64,000 bases of DNA from Macrostomum lignano. Its lineage: Eukaryota. Below the pieces are notes generated by a model, which saw only the letters and a program-made list of their open reading frames with translations, did no database searches and was not told the origin of the DNA. The position numbers and the translations under genes were made by a program. This document shows positions 10,656-21,590 of the stretch, piece after piece (position 1 is the stretch's first letter; each line of letters begins with the position of its first letter). The stretch is from the NCBI GenBank assembly GCA_002269645.1, contig NIVC01001157.1, positions 256,312-320,311 on the forward strand, read 5' to 3'.

Positions 10656-10660
10656 GATTT

Positions 10661-12070
10661 GGATTGGCTAATAGGGCGTAATTCGTATGCCCCCGACTCG
10701 GAGGCGTACCTGGCCGGTCCGGGAGCGCGCCCGACTGCGTGGGATGAGCCTGCAGTCTGCTATCCGGTCCGGATAGCTACTGCTATCCGGTCTACCAACT
10801 GGGAGGAGCACCTTTCGTTGGTGCGCTATACAGCGTCTCTACGCCTGTGGCGGCTGGAGGAGGATTTAGGTTTGGTTAGATATTACACTGTATACACAAC
10901 TCATCTAATCATATACCTTGCCTATATTCTATCTACATTGACTGTTATAATTTCCACATTGCCAGTCATCCGACTACTGCTTCGAGAGCGTGGAGGAAGA
11001 GGCCGCGTACGAGACAGCCCTGAGGGAGCGTATGGAGATTGACTGATAAGGTATTTCTCTTTGTACGCGGTTTGGGGAACCCAACACTGTACACTGGGTA
11101 GGTTAGAATGGGACGCTAGCTGGGGGCCTCTATGTGTGTATACACGGGGGTTAAAAGACCAATTCTGATAGCTCGCACCTAGGGAGGAAATTGGCAGAGG
11201 GGCCGGCCCAAAAAACTGTAATGGGCTGGCCCCGGGCTCGAGTCCACCCACCTAAAATATGGAGGGTCTTACAACCTAATGACTTGAAATATTTTCAACG
11301 CAATTGTACCCATAAGAGGGTTAGGGCGGCGAAAACGGGCGGCTAAAACCTCCCTTTTGGGATTTCCCCGAACCGCTTTTGTTTAATATTTATGCACCTG
11401 CGGGTTAGACAATATTTACTCTTTAGTCGGTGTGACATTATTTACGCGTCTGTTGAAATTGCACCTGGGCGTTTGCCTATAATCTGATTATACATGCGCG
11501 CCTGTATTATACAACTACACCTTCTGATATATGCATGCCTTGTAAACCCGCTTTATACATTAATCCGATATGTATCGAAAGTACACTTTGTAAACCTACT
11601 TTATACTGTGTGTATTACCACCTATGTAGTGCTTACAGTACCTGCTTTGTCTATTTCTGTCAAATATGCACCTACATTGTGTGTTTTTGCTGCTCATATG
11701 CTCCAATATGTACATTTTAATATGTAATATGCGTCATTATTCACCTACCAATATGTTTTATCTACATTTTTATGTAAATATACTCAATTTCACCTACTAT
11801 AAGTAGTTTTCACTAGCCTAATATCGTTGACTACATATCTGTGTATGCATACATATCGGGAGAGTGTACTGTGGAGAGTGTACATATCGGGAGAGTGTAC
11901 TGGGGAGAGTGTACCTTTGGCTCGGGAGAGTGTACACTCAGGGCGCCTGCGGCATGGGCGTCTGCGGCTCAGGAGGGTGCGCCTGCGGCTCGGGAGGGTG
12001 TACATATCGGGGTACATGTCGGTAGGGTGAGCATACATATCGGTACATATCGGTAGGTGCGCCTGCGGCG
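10661..12070. repeat. Right arm of the ~1.4-kb inverted duplication
   Basis: Reverse complement of 8035-9435; carries the 3' half of the 310-aa ORF (10659-11042). Confidence 0.93.
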
Positions 12071-12218
12071 TATGTGATGTGAGCTGGGTTAATTTTTTTT
12101 TCGCTTCGTGATAAAATTGAGTTCTTCTTATATGCATTTATATAACATTTAGCTGCGTGGGTGGGGTGATGAATGTCCACATTCCATTTAGCTGCGTGGG
12201 TGGGGTGATGAATGCCCA

Positions 12219-12283
12219 CATTCCATTAAGGCCAGATTTTTGAAAACGAAAACGAAAACGAAAAATCTGGCCTTAATGGAATG
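12219..12283. repeat. Short hairpin: ~23-bp inverted repeat around a (GAAAAC)n loop, preceded by a 39-bp tandem duplication
   Basis: CATTCCATTAAGGCCAGATTTTT ... AAAAATCTGGCCTTAATGGAATG. Confidence 0.75.
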
Positions 12284-12338
12284 TTGAGTGCGTGGGTGAG
12301 CTGGCTAAAAATAGCTTCTATTCTTTCTCTACCATTCT

Positions 12339-12694
12339 AGACCCTTTGCGCCTGCGGCGCTGGCGACGGTTAGAGAGTGTTAGTGTGTGTTTGGATGTAG
12401 TAGTATGTAAAAGTACGCTTCTAGATCAGATCCTATTGAAACAATGGATTTGAAGGGCTAGAGGGGGGACATGGGGGTTTGATTTCTGATGTGAGGATTT
12501 GATTGGGTGTGTTAATAGTGTTTTTGATTAAATGGGGTTATTGGGGGTATTGGGGGTGTTTAATTGTGTTTAATTGTGCTGTTTAGTGTTTACATGTGTT
12601 TTTTTTATTCCCCCCCGTGTCCCCCTCTCTAGCCCTTCAAATGTGCTGTTTAATAGGTGCCTCTGGGTCTGGAAGCGTACTTTTACATACTACT
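12339..12694. repeat. Right TIR of inner Polinton
   Basis: Reverse complement of 1199-1553; ends ACTACT followed by TSD CACCAC. Confidence 0.93.
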
Positions 12695-13859
12695 CACCAC
12701 ATATTCAACGCCCTTTGCCCTAAACTTAGGCAGGTCGCGTTGATTATACAGCCGGGCCGTAAAACCTGCAGAGAATGAATGGGGGTGTGAGTCAGCCTGG
12801 GTCTGTCTGGGGAATGGGGGCTAGATAACTCACCCGGTCCGGTAACAGATTCCGGCTGTGTTGGCGGGACAAACGCGTCTGAAAAAAACACAAGGAGATA
12901 AAAACCAGAAGAATCTGTCATTTTCCTGGCCCCAGCGTGTTCGGACAAAGAGGCACCCCTCCCAACTCTATCCCAGCAAGTTCCTATCAGCCCTGGCACC
13001 CCTCTGTCGCAGCACCCTAACAGCAGCAATTCACCAACTCTATCCTGCAACTATTTCTTATCAGAGTCTTTGTTTACTCTTCTGCACCCCTCCAATTCTC
13101 ACAGACCCTGCAGCTGTTGCTGCTAACCCTGCTGAAACGTGTCAAGCCCTCCCCAGCAACTGTGTCTGTTTTTGCTACAGACCCCGCTAATTTCTTATCA
13201 GTACCCCAACCGCAGCACACCCCCCGCCTGTCTGGACACGCGCAGCACCCTATCTGCAGCCCCAGTCTTCGTTTACGCTGTCCCTGCCAGCCCGTGTAGC
13301 TATCACAGCACCGCTAAATCTACCTAGCACGTGTCTGCAATTTTTTAACCCTAACGATTATCTGTTACAGACCCTGCCTATTTCTTATCAGCAACGTACC
13401 CTCCTGCCTAGCAACTCCAGTCTAGACCCCTGCAGCTTTCGCAGCAGCCCCAGTCTTTGTTTACTCTGCTGCACCCCTCCAATTCCCTGCAGCAGTTAAC
13501 CCTAGCAACTCTCTGTCACCGCACCCCAACGATTATCTGTTACAGACCCTGCCAATTTCTTATCAGCACCCCAGCTGCAGCCTGTCTGGGCAGCTCCGTA
13601 CACGCACCCTATCTGCAGCCCCAGTCTTTGTTTACACGCGCAGCTCACCGTGCTGAAACTTGTCTAGACAGCGCTAAACCCTTGCAGCTGTCGCAGCAGC
13701 TCACCCCACTGCTAATTCTTATCGGTACCCTGCCGCAGCACCCTAGCAACTCTAGTCTAGACTGATAAACAACTGGCCAGAAATTAATTAAAACCTACCA
13801 TAAAGACGCTGCCTCTTATCAGCCAGGAAAGCAGTTGGTGCTGCGCTGCGTTTAGCCAT
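12695..13859 (-). pseudogene. polB: 5' end of the outer Polinton pPolB gene: exon 1 13859-13799, predicted intron 13798-12766, exon 2 from 12765 to the insertion site
   Basis: ATG at 13859 gives MAKRSAAPTAFLADKRQRLY+G|GTAGGT; acceptor ATTCATTCTCTGCAG|GT; joined frame GFTARLYNQRDLPKFRAKGVEYVV continues in frame as HISNTEDLWEVF at 1192 once the insert and one TSD copy are removed. Confidence 0.7.
13020..13760. repeat. Degenerate tandem repeat, unit ~170-195 bp, ~4 copies
   Basis: CAG(CCCCA)GTCTT(T/C)GTTTAC recurs at ~13062, 13257, 13445 and 13617 with shared downstream blocks. Confidence 0.7.
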
Positions 13860-13914
13860 TTTAAAAACAGAGAGCGGAGAGAGAAGGATTATCTCTCTAC
13901 CCCGGTTCTGGGGG

Positions 13915-14045
13915 TCTGTATATATACTAAAAATCTGCTCAGCTCGACTGTTATTGGTCAAATCACCAAAAACCAACCAAAATCATCAGAAATCGTCCCC
14001 AAAATCACCCCCACCCCACCCTCCATCCGGGGGTATATAAGGCGC
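13915..14045. promoter_or_regulatory. Divergent promoter region between polB and the PC4-like gene
   Basis: TATATATA at ~13919 upstream of the minus-strand ATG 13859; TATATAA at ~14034 about 55 bp upstream of the plus-strand ATG 14090. Confidence 0.55.
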
Positions 14046-14089
14046 TGCACGGCTGTCAGAGAGCTCTGTGCTGCTGCTACTGCTAAATC

Positions 14090-14635
14090 ATGTCTTCTAT
14101 CTCTGTATACGAAAACTTTGTGGCGCGGAAGCCCACATTTGAAACCGAGCACAACTTGATTGAAGTTCGGCTGCTCTACACCAACGAGGCTGGAGTGTGG
14201 AAGGACGGCTTCCCTGCAATCTACTTGAGCGAGCAAGAGTGGAAGAAGCTCGAAGCTGCGCGCCCTGACCTGGAGGCTGCTGCCCGCCTTCACGTGTACA
14301 AGCGGGTCGTGTTGGGCAATTTCAAGGCTGTCGAGGCTTCGCAAGGAAGGATTCGTTTGCTGCGCGATTGGCTCAACGTGGACCCAAAGTTTAATTGGCG
14401 CTACACGATCGAATTCACGCCTGAACTGTGGCGCAGGATGTTTGCCTCCCGTTTGGACAAGCTCTTCAAGCCGGCACCTGAGGCCCCACCGCCTGCCAAG
14501 CGAGCCAAGACAGAGACCCCTCCGGTAGCCAGGACTGAGGAGGAAAATCTGCAGGACGTTCTTCAGGTTGTGGGTCTCAAACCCTACCAATCCCCGCCCT
14601 GGGAAAATATGTATGACGAGGGTCGGCACTGGTAG
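14090..14635 (+). CDS. Tandem PC4-like protein (181 aa) of the outer Polinton
   Basis: Intact ORF with TATA box and AAATCATG start; LIEVRLLYTNEAGVWKDGFPAIYLSEQEWKKL motif. Confidence 0.62.
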   Translation: MSSISVYENFVARKPTFETEHNLIEVRLLYTNEAGVWKDGFPAIYLSEQEWKKLEAARPDLEAAARLHVYKRVVLGNFKAVEASQGRIRLLRDWLNVDPKFNWRYTIEFTPELWRRMFASRLDKLFKPAPEAPPPAKRAKTETPPVARTEEENLQDVLQVVGLKPYQSPPWENMYDEGRHW

Positions 14636-14974
14636 TTTCCTATTGGCTCACACCACCTCACTGGGATCTACTATATAATTAGTGTTTCCTCTCTCTCCAG
14701 AGAGCCAAACCCCATCCTAGCTCTAATACTTTACTCTCTGTTGATTCCAACATGTCCCGCCGAGCTCTATTTAACCTCTGGGATAATAATGTGAAAGTAT
14801 GAAAGTGTGACAGTACTTTCATTTAAAAATGGCCCCACTGGTGTCCATTATAAGCGTTCTCATTGGTTGATAAGATTATACAAAAGAGAGACTGGAAATG
14901 ACTTGTTACTAAAAATAACTCAACACTGCTAATGCGATCGTATTTCAAATTGGCTAAGTCATAACCCGTAACCG

Positions 14975-15629
14975 TCACTGTCTCCACGTCGCTGCATCCG
15001 CCTGGTAGCGCACCTCGTCCCGAATGAGCTTCATATTTTCCAGAACGAAGCTAACTGGTACGGTGCAGCGCTGTAGGGCCGGAAATTCTGTCAATAAGTC
15101 GTACACTCTCAACTTCTTGTCCAAAGTCTGCCTCGATACTTGTAGATTAAGCCGTCGAATTATATTCCGAACCGACTTTAGTGTAAGTTTAGGTCGGTGA
15201 ATGATGAAGCCGATGTAAAATGACACAATTAATGTGCGCTTATCGTAAAAAGTCTCAAGCTGAAATAATTCCGCCAGCATGTTCTGTAGTGGGTAAAACA
15301 GTGGGTAGATGACTAAAGTTCAACGCGCGCATACTTTCCTCGATCACTGATAGCTCCCTTGTTGGCGCTTGAACTTCGACTCCATACGAAGCACGAAGGC
15401 ACTGGAAAACAGCAGCTACTCGTGCTTCGTAGGCGGAAATATCGCGTTGGGTTTGTCCTTTCATGCTAGCCAAATCGTATTGTATTTCCTCCTCTTTGAA
15501 TTTTTCAAACAATTGATGGAGTCCATCTCTCCGCTCTAAAGGTATTAAATTAATCAAATCGTTCACAAATGCGTTAAGTCGAGCGGTTCTAACTGTAATT
15601 CTTTCAGCCATTGCGTTTTCTAATAGCAA
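14975..15629 (-). pseudogene. Unnamed Polinton-associated family, paralogue 1 (frameshift near 15255-15280)
   Basis: C-terminal YDLLTEFPALQRCTVPVSFVLENMKLIR...DAATW motif shared with 42147-42869 and 57548-58219. Confidence 0.5.
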
Positions 15630-15832
15630 TTAAGTGAAAAAGGCTGGCCGGCTTCCGCCTTTACTTAAAAAAACGTTTTCCGCTCGCGTTTGAGCTCTTA
15701 GCCAATAAGCTCACCCGCAAGAGCCAATGCGGGTTTGAGGTGGTAGTGGTTGCTGAGTCTTGGTTATGCGCAGTTCAGTTAAGACGTGGCTAAAAATTTG
15801 CTAAATCATGCTAGCTAAAATCGATTATGGTA

Positions 15833-16260
15833 TCATTCTGCTCTATCAACCCCCAGCTCTTTCAGCAGTCTTCCTAGATCTTTACTTGGCGCATGCAATA
15901 CAAAACCCGCCCCTTTACCCAAACAGCCGCCAAGCCCCAACCCCAACTTTGTCTTTCCAAAAATAACAGCTTTAACTAGCTTCCGAGCGATCGATTCCTT
16001 ACACCCGCTGGAAGTCCTCATATTGTCTAATCTCCTAAGCATTTCTTTGTCCCAGCAATTCTACTCTGGAAAATCCCTATACTAAACGTCGTGCCACATG
16101 CAGACAGAGCTCGTTCAACGGCTCAGGCCCAGGATTTGGATTATTGTTTTTATATAACTGAATTTCAAGCGGATTCAAAGGCCCGCAATATTTGTAGCCA
16201 GGAATTGTCCAGCCTTTGTTTTCGATGAGGAAGCAGTTTAATTAATCCGTGAGCATCAGC
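15833..16260 (-). pseudogene. Parvovirus-type PLA2, copy 2
   Basis: WTIPGYKYCGPLNPL...EPLNEL...HDV*YRD...KEMLRRLD...GKTKLGLG. Confidence 0.78.
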
Positions 16261-16288
16261 CATTTTTTTGAAAAAATAAATTCTAAAA

Positions 16289-16795
16289 ATGGCAGAAGAA
16301 AAACTTAAATCTGTCTACTACAGTGACAAAGGATTGTTTTGTAGGAAAAAATGCCGTTAGTAAACTCATGGAGCTGAGTAAGGAACCAAAAGCTACAGTA
16401 GAAAAGTGGCTCTCCAAGCAAGCAGTCTACCAAGTCTATTTCCCACCTGTTCAATTTACAAGACCTCACTTTGAGATCTATACGAGCGTAAACCTAATGA
16501 GGCGCACCAAGCAGATATTCTGTTTCTCACCAATGACTCAGGCTACAAGTATGCTCTCACAGTTATAGACATTGCCTCCAGATATAAGGAAGCGAGACCA
16601 CTTAAGACAAAGAAGTCAGAAGCAGTTGCAGCTGCGCCATCCAAGAAATTTACAAAAACTCTCAGCTTACATACCCCCAAACCTTTATGACTGATCCTGG
16701 CAAAGAATTCATGGGTGCAGTCAAATCCCTTATGGAAAAGAACAATACGAAAATGCGCTACGGAAGAACTGAGCTCCACAGAGACCAGGCTGAGG
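16289..16795 (+). pseudogene. int: Polinton integrase, copy 2 (frameshifted, 3'-truncated)
   Basis: MAEEKLKSVYYSD...VEKWLSKQAVYQVY...RPHF...PNEAHQADIL...YKYALTVIDIASRYKEARPLKTK...MTDPGKEFMG...HRDQ. Confidence 0.85.
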
Positions 16796-16891
16796 CGGCG
16801 TTTGACTTAAGTTATTTGATACTCTATATTATTCTACATTATCACAACTTGTTTATTATATTTTTGTTCTTATTTTATTCCACTGCAAGTA

Positions 16892-18199
16892 CGAGAATAA
16901 GTCACTCAGAAAGTTCTTAGCTTGAACACGAAAACAGCAACAAATGAACTAAAAAACGACTACAAGTGCTCAAAATACTCTCCACCGGCATTGATACAGG
17001 CTTGCATCCTGTGAAACCAGCTGTCGAAGCACTGCCGCCAATCCTCATCCCGGAGCTCCTCGATGATGTTTTTAAACTCATTCACAGCTTCTTCCGGTGA
17101 AGAAAAGACCTGGCCCTTCAGAATCTCCTTGCACTTCGGAAACAGAAAAAAGTCGCACGGTGCCAGGTCTGGACTGTAAGCAGGGTGAGTCATCAGCTGG
17201 ACCCCACAGTCAGCCAGAAACTCCAGAGTTTGAGCCGCCGTGTGCGCGCTGGCGTTGTCGTGGTGCAGAAGCACCCCACGCATTCCGCACCTTGGGCGCC
17301 TCTGGCTCACAGCAGAAAAGACCTTGGGCAGGCAAACCGTTGTGTACCAGTCAGCGGTGACTGTCTGGCGATCTTCAAGTGAAACGGAAGCCACATGCCC
17401 AGTGCGCATGAAGAAACAGGCCACCATCTGCTTGCCGACACTCCGGCTGCGTCGAAACTTTGTGGGGCTGTCCTCGTCTCCAAAGGTCCACATGGCTGAC
17501 TGGCGCTTGCTTTCGGGGTCGTATTGATAAATCCAGGTCTCATCGCCCGTGAGGATGTCCCAGATACGCCGGCTGGTCCCGGATTCGAATTTCTGCAGCA
17601 TGAATCGGCACCAAGCCACCCTGGTGTCCTTCTGCACGTCCGACAGCTGATGGGGGATCCACTGGGAAGCCAGCTTCCGCACTCCAAGGTGTTCGTGCAT
17701 AATGGCGTGCACACTCCCCGATCCAATACCGATCTCCTGCTGGATCTGCTGGTAGGTCACTCGCCGGTCAGCGGCAATCATGCTGGACACAGCGCAGATA
17801 TTTTGTGGAGTCACTGCGTCACAGGGTCTCCCGGATCGATGTTCATCTTCGAGGCTTTCTCGACCTCGGCGAAACTCAGCAAACCAGTTTTTGACGGTTG
17901 CGTATGAAGGACATACATGGGTGAAAACGTTCTGTAAAGTTTGATACGATTCGGCCGGCGACTTGCCTTGCTTGAAGTGCAGGTACAACATTGCTCTGAA
18001 GTCGCGATTTTCCAGCTTCATTGTTGAATTGAAGAACTCAGGGGTGAACTGACTTTAACTCGCTGCAGTGGACTCAAAAGTGGCTGCTTCTGTTTGAAAT
18101 TTTTGCTGTGATACTTTTAAAAGTTGGTCTTTACCATAGACAAATTTCATGCTTCTACGTCTCGTGGATCCTACTCAGGCTAAAGACTTTCTGAGATCG
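16892..18199 (-). mobile_element. Mariner transposon, full length (~1.3 kb)
   Basis: TA at 16890-16891 and 18200-18201; imperfect TIRs sharing TCAGAAAGT(TC/CT)TTAGC(T/C)TGA; intact transposase inside. Confidence 0.88.
16960..18021 (-). CDS. Mariner D,D34D transposase (353 aa, intact)
   Basis: WIPHQL, TGDETWIY, HHDNASAH, YSPDLAPCDFFLF; 34 residues counted between the second and third Asp. Confidence 0.95.
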   Translation of the reverse strand: MKLENRDFRAMLYLHFKQGKSPAESYQTLQNVFTHVCPSYATVKNWFAEFRRGRESLEDEHRSGRPCDAVTPQNICAVSSMIAADRRVTYQQIQQEIGIGSGSVHAIMHEHLGVRKLASQWIPHQLSDVQKDTRVAWCRFMLQKFESGTSRRIWDILTGDETWIYQYDPESKRQSAMWTFGDEDSPTKFRRSRSVGKQMVACFFMRTGHVASVSLEDRQTVTADWYTTVCLPKVFSAVSQRRPRCGMRGVLLHHDNASAHTAAQTLEFLADCGVQLMTHPAYSPDLAPCDFFLFPKCKEILKGQVFSSPEEAVNEFKNIIEELRDEDWRQCFDSWFHRMQACINAGGEYFEHL

Positions 18200-18298
18200 T
18201 ACATACTCATTTTCTCTAGAACACTCTGTCTACCTGTGTGCGCCTAGCCCACCACCCCAAATATTGTCATCTTCCACCACTGTCTCCTGATCGCTATA

Positions 18299-21125
18299 TG
18301 TAATATCTCGTTGTTGATTTTCGCTCATTGAAATAAAGAATTTATCTCGCCTCGCTCTAAAACTAACACTGAACAGAATGAACTTTTCTTAGTCATTTGC
18401 GACACAATAATGGCGTCGCAAGCAGGCAGACAACAGAGCCAAGAGCTCGATTTGGAAAATGCAGAAATGGCCGAGGCGTGGATGCAACAGCTATCGGCAA
18501 CAGCACGCATCAAGAAGCTCTCCGACTCTGACCAAGCTCGAGACAAAACGGACTTGTTTCTATCAATGGCGGGACTCCAAGCAATCCGCATCCTGTCCCT
18601 CATGGCAGCACCCAAACAGTTGGATGAAATGACGTTTGACGACATCAAGAAACTCGTCGACAGCACAATTCGCCCTAAAAAGCGCCTCGTCATCGCTGAG
18701 CGCACGAAATTTCTCAATTTGAGGCAGGAGGCAGGGGAGAGCGTCATGCCGTACTTCCGAAGGCTGAGAGCTGCTGCATCGCTATGTGAATTTGAGACAC
18801 TGGACTAAATAAAACGACATGATCGTCATGTGACTCATCGATGGTCTGGTTTCGCCTGAACACAAGAAGCAGATTCTCGAGCGGCTGCAAGAAGGCGACA
18901 TGTTGCTAGACAGCATTCTGCAGAGCCTACAGCACCTAGAGCAGATCAGGGACTACAACGCTCCCGCGACTGCGGACATCGCATTCACCGGCCAGCAGAA
19001 GAGCGCGTCACCTTCAAGGACATCGGCAATCTTTAAATGCAGATTCTATGGCACCAGCCACCCTAGAGGCAGCTGTCCGGCATACGGCAAAAAGTGCACC
19101 AATTGCCAGAAGAAGAATCACTTCGCGGCTGTCTGTAGATACCGAGCTGTCCACTTGGAGACAACAGGGTCTGCTGAGGAAGCGGAAGTGTATGCTGTAG
19201 GCCCCAGCGCAGCAAGGACTGGCCTTTTCAGGACCATTAAGATCAACGGCTGTTGCGTGCCAATGCAGGTCGACACCGGCGCGGAGGTCAGCCTCATTCC
19301 GCAGAACCTCTAGCGACAGCTCGGCCGCCCAGCCCTGCGCAAGTGCAAGAGAATTCTGCGGCAGTTTGATGGCTCCAGCATTGCTTGCCTGGGCGAATTC
19401 ACTGCGTCGCTCGAGACCGACTCAAGGTTCGTGGCAGTCGATTTGTTCGTCACCGTTGCGGAAAAGAAGCACGGGTTGCTCGGCATGAACAACATCAAGC
19501 TGCCGAAAGACGCCGTCACCATCAACGAGATACAGCAGCTCGGCTGTCTCAAAGGCTTCCAGGCCAAAATCAGACTCGTTGAGGGAGCCATGCCGTTCTA
19601 CTGCGCTGCACGATCAGTGCCGCTACATCTCAGGGACCTGGTGGTGCGTGAGCTGCAGCGAATGAAGTCTGAAGGCATCATTGAGCCAGTCCCTGCCGGA
19701 GGCAGCCAGTGGGCGTCCCCTATTATCAACGTCCTGAAGCCCAATGGAAAAGTGCGAGTATGCGCCGACTTCAAGGCTGAGTGAATCATCAGATCTGCAA
19801 CGACACCTACCCAAAGCCGGAAATGGAGACCATATTCTCCGAAGTCGCTGGCATGACGCTTTTTGCCAAGCTCGACCTCTCGGACACCTACCTGCAGATC
19901 GAGCTAGACGAGGACAGCGAGAAGTGACCACTATTTCAACGCCACTCGGCCTTTTCAGGTACAAGAGACTGGTGCCTGGTCTGAAGTCAGCGTCATCGAT
20001 TTTCCAGAAGGCCATGCAGACAATCCTGGAAGACATCAGCAGCAAAATTGTCTACCAGGATGACATTCTTCTGGGTGCGAAGTCCGACTCCGAGCTCAAT
20101 CAAAAAGTGCAACGCGTACTGCAAGCTCTGCAGTCAGCTGGAATGACAATCAACCTGGACAAATCGAATCTAAGAGAAACAGAAATTTCCTTCCTAGGCT
20201 ACAGAATCAGCGCCTCAGGAATAACTCCGGACCCGGAGCTGGTGGAAAAAAATCGCTCTGTGAAGCCTCCTAAGGACAAGAAGCAACTGGAGTCTTTCCT
20301 GGGACTTGCCAACTTCTTTGGTCGGTTCATCAAGCTACTCAGATGTCGTCGAGCCGCTAAATCAACTGCCAAGCCGAGCAGCAGAGTTCAACTGGGGTCC
20401 TGCTCAGCAAGCTGCTTTCTCACTGATCAAGGACATTCTCAGCCGAGGACCGGTCATTAAGCCTTACAACAAGCGCGAGGAGACCACGCTCACTACTGAC
20501 GCCAGCGAGAAGGCCATTGCAGCGGTCCTGTCTCAGGCCGGACACCCGGTCATGTACTTCAGTCGGCGGTTGAGCAGCGCTGAGACTCGCTACTCCAACA
20601 TTGAGAGAGGCGCTCGCAATCGTCTGGGCCATGGAGCAAGCCAAGCAATTCCTGCTGGGATCGCGCTTCACGCTGAGAACCGACCACCGCCCGCTGGAGT
20701 TCATTTTTGGCACGAGGCGCCAGCTGCCCAAGGTTGCGAACGCCAGGCTGCTTCTGTGGGCCATAAAGCTGATGGCATTTGACTATGACATCATCTACAC
20801 CAAGGGCGAGTCGATTCCGCAAGTCGACGCCCTAACACGGCTGGACTTCGACGACGACAGCTCGGAGAATCAGGGCGAGCAGCTCGAGAGCGTCATCCAC
20901 TGGACGGCAGAAGCCGTAATACCATGGCAGGAGCTCAAGGAAGAAACCCTGCGGGAGAGGCTGCTGACGGACGTTATGAAGCGAGTCGCCACTAACAGAG
21001 TTCCAACTGCTCGCCAGCCGAGAAGCCCTTCAAAGCGGCCCGATGCGCCCTGACTGTGGAGGACGGAGTTCTCTGCTACGGCGACCGCGTGGTGATTCCG
21101 GCCGTCCTCCGGCAAAAAACACTCT
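18299..21125 (+). mobile_element. Decayed Ty3/Gypsy LTR retrotransposon (candidate short 5' LTR 18299-18406, gag, protease, RT, RNase H, start of integrase)
   Basis: TGT...ACA segment followed by PBS-like TGGCGTCGCAAG; gag AERTKFLNLRQEAGES; knuckle CTNCQKKNHFAAVC; protease VDTGAEVSLI; RT YQDDILL; RNase H TTDASEKAIAAVL; many stops/frameshifts. Confidence 0.88.
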
Positions 21126-21134
21126 GGCTAGTGC

Positions 21135-21330
21135 ACAACGATACTCAACAAGGATCCTTTTGAGTATCGCCCCTGCGCCCCCCTTCTTTTCTGATTCTGT
21201 CGGGGATAATATGGATGGATTTAATGGGATTATGTTCGAAGTTTTTAGAGCAAGTGCGGCCCCCCTTTTTTTATTCTGTTGGGGATAACATGTGTGGATT
21301 TAATGGGATAATGGAGGACGTGAAAAATTT
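21135..21330. repeat. Dispersed repeat with an internal duplication; related inverted copy at ~41010-41200
   Basis: TTCTGTCGGGGATAATATGGATGGATTTAATGGGAT vs ATCCATCCATATTATCCCTGACAGAA. Confidence 0.6.
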
Positions 21331-21344
21331 TGTCCCAAAAGCCC

Positions 21345-21590
21345 CCTCATGCATTTTACTCTTCCTAATTTTCTGTTAATGAGCCTCATTATGACGGCTC
21401 GATTGCGCCATATTGTGCAACTTTTCAGCGCCAAGGAAGGCTGCTTTGAGTGCATGGAGGCAGCAGAACAGTTCCTATTTCAGATACTAGCAGCCGACAA
21501 GTGCCTAAGATGTGACTGCGGCCCTATGCTTGCAGCACAAGGCAGCGGCCACATCACTCTCCTCCAGCTAAAATCGTAAATTGTCAACTT
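21345..21590. repeat. Fragment of unclassified repeat family
   Basis: TGTTAATGAGCCTCA(T/A)TATGACG...GATTGCGCCAT block shared with ~22640-22770 and ~62560-62760. Confidence 0.75.

Larger units (their letters stand above)
1199..12694. mobile_element. Internally deleted Polinton/Maverick element (inner element), 11,496 bp
   Basis: Ends AGTAGTAAGTAAAAGTACGCTTCC (1199) and GGAAGCGTACTTTTACATACTACT (12694); ~355-bp inverted repeats; 6-bp direct repeat CACCAC at 1193-1198 and 12695-12700; contains integrase, PLA2, capsid and pPolB remnants. Confidence 0.92.
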
